A stretch of 38,261 nt of DNA from assembly GCA_902774205.1 (NCBI GenBank), contig CACYHL010000002.1, forward strand, positions 7,288 through 45,548, read 5' to 3'. The notes under the pieces are model-generated. The model did no database searches, was not told the origin of the DNA, and saw nothing but the letters and a program-made list of their open reading frames with translations. This stretch comes from an uncultured Bacteroidota bacterium. GTDB lineage: Bacteria > Bacteroidota > Bacteroidia > Bacteroidales > WCHB1-69. Position 1 is the first letter of the stretch. Every line of letters starts with the position of its first letter. Position numbers and translations under genes: made by a program. Of this stretch, positions 27,404 through 36,401 are shown piece after piece.

Positions 27404-28512
27404 ATAACGAACATCAATATTAACAAAAAAAGCAACCCTCCACACGATGCCCAAAGAAAGATCTTCAGTTTCTGCTCACACGTTGCCTTATCACCGTTTT
27501 TCGATACACTGTTCTCTCTTTCCAACAGATATTTAAGGCCGAAATTGGTTTTTATTATTGGTGTCTGGTATGGGACATTGCATGTCATTCTTTTATACAC
27601 ACAGTCGAAAAACAAAGAATCTTTCACAATATCATCACAAGACAATGCATAACATACGGCATAGGATAACGAACCATATCCAACACTCTTCACTTTTGTT
27701 TCCCTATTGCGCTCGCAACTGCGACATGCACCGACATACACTATTTTAGATTTCCCATAGTCAATCCGAGCAGTGTCCTGAACGTCATATTTTTTTCTGA
27801 GATCAGATTTTTCTTTTTCTGAAATGCTATCTCCACCAAAAATATCATCAACTCCACGTACTACAATTGAGTCATGCCGAGCAGAGACGTCACCTTTTTC
27901 TCCTCCTCCGCTATGGCACGCATCCGCGAAAATTAGAACAAGCCCTTCTTCGCCTAGTATATCTGACAATTTAGCAACATAGCAATTCAGGCTGTCGTCC
28001 AAAAGATGATTCTGTCCGTTGTATGCCTGAGTTTTCTTCATACAGGCATCATACGGAACAAAAGCTTCGTCCAAACCATCCGGCTCCGTGTTGACAGACT
28101 CTCGGCTATAGACTTGTTGTCCATGGCAAGAAAAATGAATAACAACGGTGTCACCACTACTGACAGAGTCAATTAATTGACACATGGCACCCTTTATGCC
28201 TGAGCATGTAGCAGCGTCATCCTCAAGAACATCCACATCAAACCCCCAATAATTCAGCCACTTTTGTAAAAGTTCAATATCATTGTGCGCGCTTATAGTA
28301 CACCATGCTGAGTCCTTGTATTTCGACACACCTACCAAGAGTGCATGCCTTGTACCTGTTGCGCCGGAGCTGGAGGAAGGCATATCGCCAATCTCCATGC
28401 GCGTGCTGTCGCTTTCGATAAGCCCTGTTCCCTTGGAATCATCACCGCAACGGGAAAAGAGAAAGACAAAGGCAAAGGCAGTGAGGTAAATAAAAAAAAC
28501 AAATCGTTTCAT
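27385..28512 (-). CDS. Caspase family (peptidase C14, metacaspase-like) protease, exported and C-terminally anchored
   Basis: ALLVGVSKY, HFSCHG (His), EPDGLDE, FADACHSG (Cys), YQTP; signal peptide and C-terminal TM followed by KRKR. Confidence 0.93.
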   Translation of the reverse strand: MKRFVFFIYLTAFAFVFLFSRCGDDSKGTGLIESDSTRMEIGDMPSSSSGATGTRHALLVGVSKYKDSAWCTISAHNDIELLQKWLNYWGFDVDVLEDDAATCSGIKGAMCQLIDSVSSGDTVVIHFSCHGQQVYSRESVNTEPDGLDEAFVPYDACMKKTQAYNGQNHLLDDSLNCYVAKLSDILGEEGLVLIFADACHSGGGEKGDVSARHDSIVVRGVDDIFGGDSISEKEKSDLRKKYDVQDTARIDYGKSKIVYVGACRSCERNRETKVKSVGYGSLSYAVCYALSCDDIVKDSLFFDCVYKRMTCNVPYQTPIIKTNFGLKYLLERENSVSKNGDKATCEQKLKIFLWASCGGLLFLLILMFVIWKRKR

Positions 28513-28946
28513 ATCCGAGAAAGGCTGACATTCATTCTGTGTTGTTCCACCTGTTCCCTCGCATACGGGATGAAGTAATTCCTAGCAATGTTACGTTGAT
28601 CATCATCAGTGATATCTCGTACATTACCATAGGTCCTTTCAAAAACGGTTTCCATTCCCTCGTATTCATAGACCATCGTGATAGTAAGATGCCCCGTACC
28701 ATACCACAGGCTTATCATAACATGATCATCACACATATTCACCGTCCTTGGTTGAGAATGCGGCAAAATCGTACCCTTTCCATTCATCAATGAAAAATTA
28801 ATCTCCCCCAAAATAATCCTGAATTTATCCTCAATCCTTGTCTTTCTTAGTTCAATCCTGTCCATAAGCAAATCTCGAGAATAAGCGAGAATAATCGCGG
28901 CAAGGACAAAGCAAACAATAAGTATGATTAAAATCCCTTTACTCAT
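28509..28946 (-). CDS. Hypothetical single-TM protein, first gene of the caspase operon
   Basis: N-terminal hydrophobic helix; ATGA overlap with the caspase start. Confidence 0.75.
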   Translation of the reverse strand: MSKGILIILIVCFVLAAIILAYSRDLLMDRIELRKTRIEDKFRIILGEINFSLMNGKGTILPHSQPRTVNMCDDHVMISLWYGTGHLTITMVYEYEGMETVFERTYGNVRDITDDDQRNIARNYFIPYAREQVEQHRMNVSLSRI

Positions 28947-28973
28947 TTTTGAAAAATCTCTTTTTCGAGGTTG

Positions 28974-29043
28974 CAAAAATACAAAAATGAAGCAATAAAA
29001 TTTCCAGTCATTTCAAAACGTGTCATTTTTATTTATACTTTTG
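28974..29043. promoter_or_regulatory. Divergent Bacteroidota sigmaA -7 boxes
   Basis: TATTTTTG on - strand (28974-28981) and TACTTTTG on + strand (29036-29043). Confidence 0.6.
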
Positions 29044-29068
29044 CAATCGAAACTTTGGAATTTCAGAC

Positions 29069-29635
29069 ATGGACTTAACTCTGCGAAAAACAATAAATGC
29101 ATTCATCGAAAGTGCGAGGCCCAAAGTCATGTCCTTCCTCCATAAAAATTATTCATCCCTCAATGATGCAGACATCGAGGACATCGTGCAAGACTCAAGT
29201 TGCCTCTTGTGGCAGAATATTGAAAACGACAAGTACGAAAAGCGGGAAGCCGCCCTTTCAACATATTACCTGTCAATATGCAAGAACCAGGCGAACAACA
29301 GGTGTCGGGCACATAGGACGATAATTGATCCTTTGGAAAATGTACTGGAATTGAGTATGTACAAGGATGAGAATGTGGAGTATCTGCTAGAGATGAGTAG
29401 CAGCAGAAATCAGATTCTTGATGCAATGGAAGGGATTGTAAAATCATTTCCAAAGCCCTGCAATTCAATTCTTTGGAATTTCTACTGGGCAAATTTTTCA
29501 ATGGAAGAAATAGCAAATTTTGAAGGTTACAAAAATGCGGACGTCGCAAAAAGCAAAAAGAGCAAATGTCTTTCAAAATTTAAAAATCATATCAATACAA
29601 TATGTAAACAAAACAGATGGACACTGACAGACTGA
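29069..29635 (+). CDS. ECF-type sigma-70 factor
   Basis: Region 2 DIEDIVQD...LSTYYLSICKN; region 4 FSMEEIANFEGY...AKSKKSKCL. Confidence 0.9.
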   Translation: MDLTLRKTINAFIESARPKVMSFLHKNYSSLNDADIEDIVQDSSCLLWQNIENDKYEKREAALSTYYLSICKNQANNRCRAHRTIIDPLENVLELSMYKDENVEYLLEMSSSRNQILDAMEGIVKSFPKPCNSILWNFYWANFSMEEIANFEGYKNADVAKSKKSKCLSKFKNHINTICKQNRWTLTD

Positions 29636-30279
29636 TTGAAATTGATGATACGATTGATAGATTCCTGAGAGGACAGATGTCGCCGGAAGAAGAAGCGTCA
29701 TTCAAAAGTGATTTGGAAAATGACGCTAACCTCAAGGCCCGTGCAATTTCACAGGCTATGATGGTCAGAAGCATGCAGAATCTAAAAGCGACAACTAGCG
29801 CCACGCGGAATCCGACAGCTGCAACAACTGTTACACCCAAATGGAGAATTGGAATCTGGTCAGCTGCTGCGATAATTGTTCTGATCATCTGCTCAGTTCC
29901 TTGCATAAAATTATACCAGTCAACGCAATTGGCAGACAACTACCTTGCGATGCACGAAGTTCCCTACACACCGAGCCGTGGGGGAGACTCACTAACACAG
30001 GTAGAACTGAACACCGTATTTGAATCGGTTAAGTCACACAAAGACCTAAACAGGAGCATTGAAAAACTAGAAAATATCAGAAAACAGATAAATGAGGACA
30101 AAATCTGCAATTACGGCTATTACGAATATGAAGTCACTTGGTATTTATCTTTAGCTTATCTGGAAAAAGGGAAACGCAGAAAGGCAGCACAGTTGCTTCA
30201 GGATTTCATAGAATCCCATCCTAATGAACCTCGATTGGGTGACATGAAAGAACTGCTCAACAGAGTCAAGGACATTTAA
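29617..30279 (+). CDS. Putative transmembrane anti-sigma factor with TPR-like C-terminus
   Basis: IDRFLRGQMSPEEEASF N-terminus, one TM, SRGG loop, WYLSLAYL TPR; overlaps the sigma gene. Confidence 0.8.
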   Translation: MDTDRLIEIDDTIDRFLRGQMSPEEEASFKSDLENDANLKARAISQAMMVRSMQNLKATTSATRNPTAATTVTPKWRIGIWSAAAIIVLIICSVPCIKLYQSTQLADNYLAMHEVPYTPSRGGDSLTQVELNTVFESVKSHKDLNRSIEKLENIRKQINEDKICNYGYYEYEVTWYLSLAYLEKGKRRKAAQLLQDFIESHPNEPRLGDMKELLNRVKDI

Positions 30280-30449
30280 ATTATTGTATCGCATCCACTC
30301 CCTCAAAGAGGATGTTTACACATGGAAAAATTACATAATTTAGGCATTTTCACTTTCACAATGCTCTGTCACAACTTATTGATTTGTAATTTTTTGAAAA
30401 ACTTTTAGAACCAAGAGTTTTAATCATAATAACCATTAAATAAATTGTA

Positions 30450-31475
30450 ATGAAAATATTTGTTTATGCTCTAATACTCGTTGGCTTATTTTATGGGTTG
30501 AAGATGTTAAGAAAGGACCAAAAGGAGTCCGCCGAAGAAATGGAGAAAGCCTATAAAAAGAATCTTAAACAGACTTATTCAAAAGTTTTTTCAAGAAATA
30601 CAGCAGATAATATCTCCGGTTTTTTATGTGAATCTCCATGGCACTTTTTTAAAAGCAGTTTACAACATGACACATTCGTTTTTGACTATGACAACACGGT
30701 GACAATGGTGATCAACGGCTTGGAAACAGAAGGCACGTGGCAACAGATTTCAGATTCTAAAATCATAATTCAGACACCAACACAAAAATACATTCTGACA
30801 CCGCAAGTAGAATTGGAGGAATCGGATAATAGGAAATACCAAATATGGGCATTTAGAATCGAATGCAATGCCACTGATGAAACGTTCTTCCTAATAAATG
30901 ACTTCCTAGCCAAGTCATGGCCCGAGAACAAAATATACAAGATATTATCTTGCCCAATACCATCACAATGGTCGGTGATAAGTGAACAAATTGAAGATGA
31001 AAGAAATGGCAAAAATTTCAGAGAAGAACAGGAGAAAATGCAGCAGGAGACAAGATCAAATGCCGCGAAAATTGTAGTTGAAAGATGGAGAAAGGGGAAA
31101 ATGCCCCAGAGATTATATACAAGCAAGAGATTCCGTGTCGTCGGTAGATCCATTGCTACCTTAATAATAGCGGGAGCTGTTGTTTTCTTCTTCCCAGCGG
31201 ACAGAATTTCTTGGACATTACTTATACTTGGAGCATGGCACACTTTCCAGGCTTTTGCCATTTCATCGTACGACAATCTTCCCGGATTATACGTCATAAC
31301 CTCAATAACTTACTCCGTCTCATTTTGGATAGCTTTGTTTATGACAGATTACTGCTCTATGTCATACTGGTTTACAATTATTCTGTGCTATGTACTTTGT
31401 GCACCGATTATCAAGTTGACAAATAATTACTCAAAAAAATTTTATTCCGAAGTTGAAATAGAATGCAATAAATAA
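30450..31475 (+). CDS. Hypothetical membrane protein
   Basis: N-terminal TM, soluble beta-rich domain, about 4 C-terminal TM helices. Confidence 0.8.
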   Translation: MKIFVYALILVGLFYGLKMLRKDQKESAEEMEKAYKKNLKQTYSKVFSRNTADNISGFLCESPWHFFKSSLQHDTFVFDYDNTVTMVINGLETEGTWQQISDSKIIIQTPTQKYILTPQVELEESDNRKYQIWAFRIECNATDETFFLINDFLAKSWPENKIYKILSCPIPSQWSVISEQIEDERNGKNFREEQEKMQQETRSNAAKIVVERWRKGKMPQRLYTSKRFRVVGRSIATLIIAGAVVFFFPADRISWTLLILGAWHTFQAFAISSYDNLPGLYVITSITYSVSFWIALFMTDYCSMSYWFTIILCYVLCAPIIKLTNNYSKKFYSEVEIECNK

Positions 31476-31508
31476 GTATTACACGTGGTACTGTTGTGGA
31501 TTACAGAC

Positions 31509-31673
31509 ATGACATGGCGACTAACTCGCAAAACACTAAAAACGATAGAAGAGGTGCTTCCTAAAATGACACAGCGCTATGCTGCCAGTGGCCCCATCGG
31601 ATTCGTCAAGAGACCAAACAGAGAACAGCAAGCGGAAGAGACTGCTGCACGAATAAAAAGCCGTATGGAGTAA
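31509..31673 (+). CDS. Small ORF or gene remnant
   Basis: 54-aa ATG ORF containing PIGFVK; may be a C-terminal fragment. Confidence 0.3.
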   Translation: MTWRLTRKTLKTIEEVLPKMTQRYAASGPIGFVKRPNREQQAEETAARIKSRME

Positions 31674-31689
31674 ATCGTAGTATAGGCAA

Positions 31690-31870
31690 ATAATATGGCA
31701 TTATCCGCGCTAATACCCATACAATTCTGTCGTACAAAACTCTCCAGCTTCCCATGCCAACGAAACGACAAACCGAAGGAGACCCATTTGGAAGCGTTCT
31801 TCTATTTTGTTGAAATACAGGAGATGGGGTAATACCGCCTTCCGTCCGTTCAGACTTCAGAACGAACAAC
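31690..31870 (-). ncRNA. Candidate ~180-nt sRNA
   Basis: TATCTTTG promoter immediately upstream, 5' hairpin, long-range stem, 3' hairpin; no ATG-led credible ORF. Confidence 0.3.
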
Positions 31871-31920
31871 GCGGCAAAGATACATATAAATTGAAAATTG
31901 AAAAGTTTTCGGGAAGGTGA

Positions 31921-33273
31921 TTACAGTAAAGGCACCATGTATAGAGGCAGGTATGTCAGGCCGTCTTTGATTTCCATATCTTTTGAATGAATCACATACG
32001 GGGTTGACAAATAATTTCTGTATTTTTCAATGCATTTCTTGATGGATGTCAGCGTGTAGTTGGTGCTGCTCTTTACCTCAATCGGGGAAATGTTGTGCCT
32101 TGAGGTGACGATTCCCTTCTGCACCAGAAAGTCGATTTCCATACGATTTTCAGCAGTCTCTTTGTCATAACTGCTGTAGAAAAACAGCTTTTGGCCCCTG
32201 GCCTTCAGCATTTGCGCAACGATGTTTTCCACCAGCATTCCCTGATTGATTTCCAGCTTGTCAAACATCAGTTTTTGGTATATTTCATTGCTTACGACTC
32301 CTCTTGCATTGAAGGCAAGCGAAATCAGCAGCCCCGTATCGCAGAAGTAGCATTTGAGCGTGGTGCGGTCTTCGTTGAGTCGCAGGCCAATGTTGGGAGC
32401 GGTTGTGTTGTAGCAAATGTTTGCGATGCGGGCATCGTCCAGCCAGAAGAATGCACTGTCATACTCACGCATCCGGGCCTCGTCTTTCAGGGCTGAAAGG
32501 GTGAACTTTTTCTCATGCTTCTGCAGTTGTCCGGGAATGGCATCATAAATGGCCGATACTCTTGAAGTTGCAGAACCGGCGTACTTTTGTATGTCGTTTT
32601 TGTAAAGCCGCAAAATCTGGCGCTTGATGGAATCCACTTTGTTGAAATCCTTGCTCTGCACGTATTCTGCAACCGCTTGCGGCATTCCTCCCACAATCAG
32701 GTACTGGCGGAAATAATGCATCGCCTCACGATGAAAATCTCCCATTGGCTTTTGCTTCTCGAATTGGTTCATGATGTAGGGCATCAACAACTCGTTGCCC
32801 ATAGCCCAAAGAAATTCCTCAAAGTCCATCGGATGCATGTCAATCCCTTCCTCTTCGGACGGGATGACAATGCTTTCTACATTTTTACGGATGGAAATGA
32901 GCGATCCGGTTTCCAGATAATCAAAACGATGGTCGGCTACCAGGGTTTTGATGGCTTCACGGGCACGAGGACATCTCTGCACTTCATCGAAAATGATGAG
33001 TGATTTGCGACGTGTAAGCGTTTTCTTATAGTGAAGTTGAATGTTTTGAAGAAGCGTGTCCACGTCTTCCATGTATTCATTGAACCATTCTTTAACACGA
33101 GTGGGGGCTTTGCTAAAGTCAATCAAAATGTAGGATTCGTACTCATTGCGGGCGAATTCCTCTGCAATATAGCTTTTGCCGATACGTCGCGCGCCTTCGA
33201 TGAGAAGAGCTGTTGTACCGTCTTTCTCCTGTTTCCATTGAACAAGTTTATCGTATATTTTTCTTTTCATCAT
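31921..33273 (-). CDS. AAA_14 ATPase with DUF4143 / PD-(D/E)xK-like C-terminus
   Basis: GARRIGKS, IIFDEVQ, ETGS, GGMP, DTGLL, EIDF...PIEVKS. Confidence 0.93.
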   Translation of the reverse strand: MMKRKIYDKLVQWKQEKDGTTALLIEGARRIGKSYIAEEFARNEYESYILIDFSKAPTRVKEWFNEYMEDVDTLLQNIQLHYKKTLTRRKSLIIFDEVQRCPRAREAIKTLVADHRFDYLETGSLISIRKNVESIVIPSEEEGIDMHPMDFEEFLWAMGNELLMPYIMNQFEKQKPMGDFHREAMHYFRQYLIVGGMPQAVAEYVQSKDFNKVDSIKRQILRLYKNDIQKYAGSATSRVSAIYDAIPGQLQKHEKKFTLSALKDEARMREYDSAFFWLDDARIANICYNTTAPNIGLRLNEDRTTLKCYFCDTGLLISLAFNARGVVSNEIYQKLMFDKLEINQGMLVENIVAQMLKARGQKLFFYSSYDKETAENRMEIDFLVQKGIVTSRHNISPIEVKSSTNYTLTSIKKCIEKYRNYLSTPYVIHSKDMEIKDGLTYLPLYMVPLL

Positions 33274-33360
33274 CACTTTTCCGCGATTTTTACAAACGTG
33301 CTTTATACACCTTTCCGCGATTTTTTTAGTATAGTAAAATACACCTTTCCGCGATTTTTT
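33274..33360. repeat. Three direct repeats at 34-nt period in the AAA gene leader
   Basis: CAC(C/T)TTTCCGCGATTTTT with CCGCG cores at 33281, 33315 and 33349. Confidence 0.9.
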
Positions 33361-33499
33361 AATGCGGCAAAGATACAATTAATTTGAAAATGGAGAATGG
33401 AAAACGGAAAATTGAAAAGTTTTTAGCCTTTGATTTCACCTCCCCGATTTTAAACTTTTATTCTTTGCAACCGTCTAAATTTTTTTCAGACTATCGCCT

Positions 33500-36010
33500 A
33501 TGCACCGAAGAATACCCCTTTTCCTGCTGATATTGCTTATGGGAATTTCCACCGTTTTGGGCCAAGCGGTCGTCATCCCGCCCGACAGCACCGAAACTGA
33601 TTATGAGGATGTGGACGATTTCCTGTTTGATACAGAGGGACTTGACGACGAGGATGCCGACTTCGGCGGCTACAACCCCGGCGTGATGAAGTCGACCGAT
33701 GATGTGTTTTCCAACAATGCGGCCGTGTCGTTCAACATCGCCTACTTCAAGAACCGCGGCTTGGAGTCGCGCTACCAAACCATCGCCATCAATGGTTTGG
33801 AGATGGAGAACTTGGTGCTGGGCCGTGCCTCCAACACCCAGTGGGGCGGCCTCACCCGCATCTTCAACGGCGCGGAGTGCAAGCTGAACCTCAGCGCGTC
33901 GCCGTTTGCCTTCGGCGACATCGGCGGCTCCTCCAACTACAACATCCGCGCCTCCTCTTTCCGTAAACAGCTGAGCGCCAACTACACCCTCGGCAACGGA
34001 AGCTACAACCACCGTTTCATGCTGACTTACGCCTCCGGCAAACTCAAAAACGGCTGGTCGGTGGCCGCCTCTGCCTCCGCCCGCTTCGGCACGCAACTCA
34101 ATTACGTGAAGGGCACCTCTTTCCTCGGTTTCTCCTACTTCCTCGGATTTGAAAAGCAGTTCAACAACCGCCATTCGCTCAGCTTTTCAGCATTTGGCGC
34201 ACCCACTCTGCAAGGGCTGCAGGCCAACTGTGTGCCAGAGGTTTACGAAATCACCGGCACTCATTACTACAACCCCAACTGGGGCTGGTACGAGGGCAAA
34301 CGGCGCAACGCCCGCGTGCGCGACACCTACGAGCCGGTCTTCCTGCTCTCGCACGTTTTCAACTCTGCTGATAAGAAAGTGCAGGTAACCACCACGTTGG
34401 GGAGCTCTTTCGGACATAAAAACACCTCCGCGTTCAACTTCGTGAAAACCTCCGACCCGCGCCCCGACTACTACCGCTACCTCCCCTCTTACTTCGACGA
34501 CGATCCCGAACAGCAGGAGTGGGTGATACAACAATGGGCTGAAAATGAAGACTATCGGCAAATCAACTGGGAGCAGCTCTACGAAGCCAACCGCCAGTCA
34601 ACCGCACTGGGCGGTCCTTCGCAATACATCATCGAAAACCGCATCTCGCAGCACGTGCAGGTCTCAGGTGCCACCTCCCTCACGGCCCGACTCAGCGACC
34701 ATATCAACCTCTATGCCGGCTTGGATGTGCGGGGCTACCGCCAACGCAACTTCAAGAAAGTAAGCGACTTGTTGGGTGGTGAATACTGGCTTAGCAAGGA
34801 CAAATACGCTGATACGCTGGCCGACCCGATGCTCCAGTACTACGACATCGACAATGCCGAAGCCCACCTCGTGGAGGGCGACAAGTGTGGCTACGACTAT
34901 GCCCTCAACATCTTCCGTGAGAACCTGTGGGCGACGCTGCTGGGCGAGTATGAGCACCTGCGCTTCCATATCGGCCTCAACGGCACCATGAGCGAGGTGT
35001 GGCGCACCGGCTTTATGCGTTATGGCGCCTACCACGACGAGGCCGCCGGCAACTCCCCCATGCAGCTCTGGCTCAACTACGGGGCCAAGGCGGGCATCGC
35101 CTACAAAATTGACAAGCATAACACGCTCGAAATCAACGCACAATGGCAGACCGCCGCGCCTTCAGCTGCCAACATCTTCGTCAACGCGCTCTACAGCAAC
35201 CGCTTCATTAACGATTTGAGGAGCGAAAAAGATTTGGCTGCTGATTTTTCCTACATCATGAACTACAAGTTTTTGCGAATGCGGGCATCCTTCTATTTTA
35301 TCAATTTCCAAGATGTTACCGAGCATTACAACTTCTACCACGACCTCTACGGAGGCTTTGTCAACTATGCGCTTACCGGGGTGAACAAACGCAATATCGG
35401 CGTAGAGCTGGGGTTGGAAATCCCTATCGGAAAGATGTTTGCCGTGACGATGGCGGGCAACTGGGGCGATTTCATCGTCACCAACCGTCCAACGGCCTCC
35501 ATCACCGCCAACAACGGCTATGCCGAACTGACACCCGGCAGCAAAGAGGTGGTGCACACCATCTATTGGCAGAACTACCATGTGGCCGGCACCCCGCAGA
35601 TTGCCGCCACCTTAGGCCTGAAATTCAAGCACAAAGACTGGGAAGTGAAGATCAACGCCAACTATTTCGACAAAATTTACGCTGCCCTGAACCCCGAGCG
35701 TTACACCCCCGAAGCCCGCGGCTACCTCGACGAAGGCAGCGACCAGCTGAATGCCATCATCGCACAGGAACGGCTGAAAGGGCAGTTCACCTTGGATGCC
35801 TCGCTCAGCAAGTCGTGGAAAATCAAGAAGCACTCCCTCGGCTTCAGTCTCAAAGTGACCAACATTACCAACAACAAGAACCTCGTCACCTCCGTCAACG
35901 AGCAGCACCGTTTCAACTACTCCGAGCACAACGCCGACTCTTTCCCCAACAAATATTATTACGCGTTGGGGACCACTTTTAATTTTGGGATTAGTTATTC
36001 ATTGAATTAA
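33500..36010 (+). CDS. TonB-dependent outer-membrane receptor
   Basis: Signal peptide, plug-like RG...INGLEM...WGGL, many amphipathic beta strands, C-terminal FGISYSLN. Confidence 0.88.
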   Translation: MHRRIPLFLLILLMGISTVLGQAVVIPPDSTETDYEDVDDFLFDTEGLDDEDADFGGYNPGVMKSTDDVFSNNAAVSFNIAYFKNRGLESRYQTIAINGLEMENLVLGRASNTQWGGLTRIFNGAECKLNLSASPFAFGDIGGSSNYNIRASSFRKQLSANYTLGNGSYNHRFMLTYASGKLKNGWSVAASASARFGTQLNYVKGTSFLGFSYFLGFEKQFNNRHSLSFSAFGAPTLQGLQANCVPEVYEITGTHYYNPNWGWYEGKRRNARVRDTYEPVFLLSHVFNSADKKVQVTTTLGSSFGHKNTSAFNFVKTSDPRPDYYRYLPSYFDDDPEQQEWVIQQWAENEDYRQINWEQLYEANRQSTALGGPSQYIIENRISQHVQVSGATSLTARLSDHINLYAGLDVRGYRQRNFKKVSDLLGGEYWLSKDKYADTLADPMLQYYDIDNAEAHLVEGDKCGYDYALNIFRENLWATLLGEYEHLRFHIGLNGTMSEVWRTGFMRYGAYHDEAAGNSPMQLWLNYGAKAGIAYKIDKHNTLEINAQWQTAAPSAANIFVNALYSNRFINDLRSEKDLAADFSYIMNYKFLRMRASFYFINFQDVTEHYNFYHDLYGGFVNYALTGVNKRNIGVELGLEIPIGKMFAVTMAGNWGDFIVTNRPTASITANNGYAELTPGSKEVVHTIYWQNYHVAGTPQIAATLGLKFKHKDWEVKINANYFDKIYAALNPERYTPEARGYLDEGSDQLNAIIAQERLKGQFTLDASLSKSWKIKKHSLGFSLKVTNITNNKNLVTSVNEQHRFNYSEHNADSFPNKYYYALGTTFNFGISYSLN

Positions 36011-36044
36011 AAAGTTTTTATCTCTTTGGAAGATACCGCGTTCT

Positions 36045-36330
36045 CTCATTCTGTAATGAGGTTTAAAACGCATATTCGCGGCACGCTGATAGCAGCATAG
36101 TACCTGACGGCAGGTTTGTCGCGGAAGAACGGGCGGTATGATAGGGGTGCAGATACCGCAGGACGGAGTGAGGTGATAGTGAAAGTGGGCTGGGGAAAAG
36201 AAAAACGCTGTCGTGGTCTTTGACAGCGTTTTTGTCTTCCTTGATGTCCGCGACAACGATTGAAGCGGTTACAAGCCCCTTGTGGGCGCAGTTCGAGCGG
36301 AAAGCGTGCCCGGTCGCCCAAAGAAAAAAA
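36045..36330. other. Highly structured non-coding segment (candidate ncRNA or ssDNA element)
   Basis: Nested stems 36116-36125/36247-36256, 36133-36139/36153-36159, 36201-36212/36222-36233, 36283-36288/36315-36320, plus small hairpins. Confidence 0.55.
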
Positions 36331-36350
36331 TTAGACTTCAAGCCATCATT

Positions 36351-36385
36351 AGTTTAACGTACCCGAAATATCAGGTCATAAAAAC
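36351..36385. repeat. 35-nt cassette repeat, copy 1 (degenerate, 31/35)
   Basis: AGTTTAACGTACCCGAAATATCAGGTCATAAAAAC. Confidence 0.92.
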
Positions 36386-36401
36386 TCAACCCAAAGATTA
36401 T

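Noticed and set aside
33274-33360. Mini CRISPR array
   Set aside because: Units of ~20 nt with 12-16-nt linkers are too short, and there are no cas genes.
36045-36350. Group II intron remnant, tRNA or short ORFs
   Set aside because: No domain V or cloverleaf recognisable; the overlapping ORFs look non-coding.
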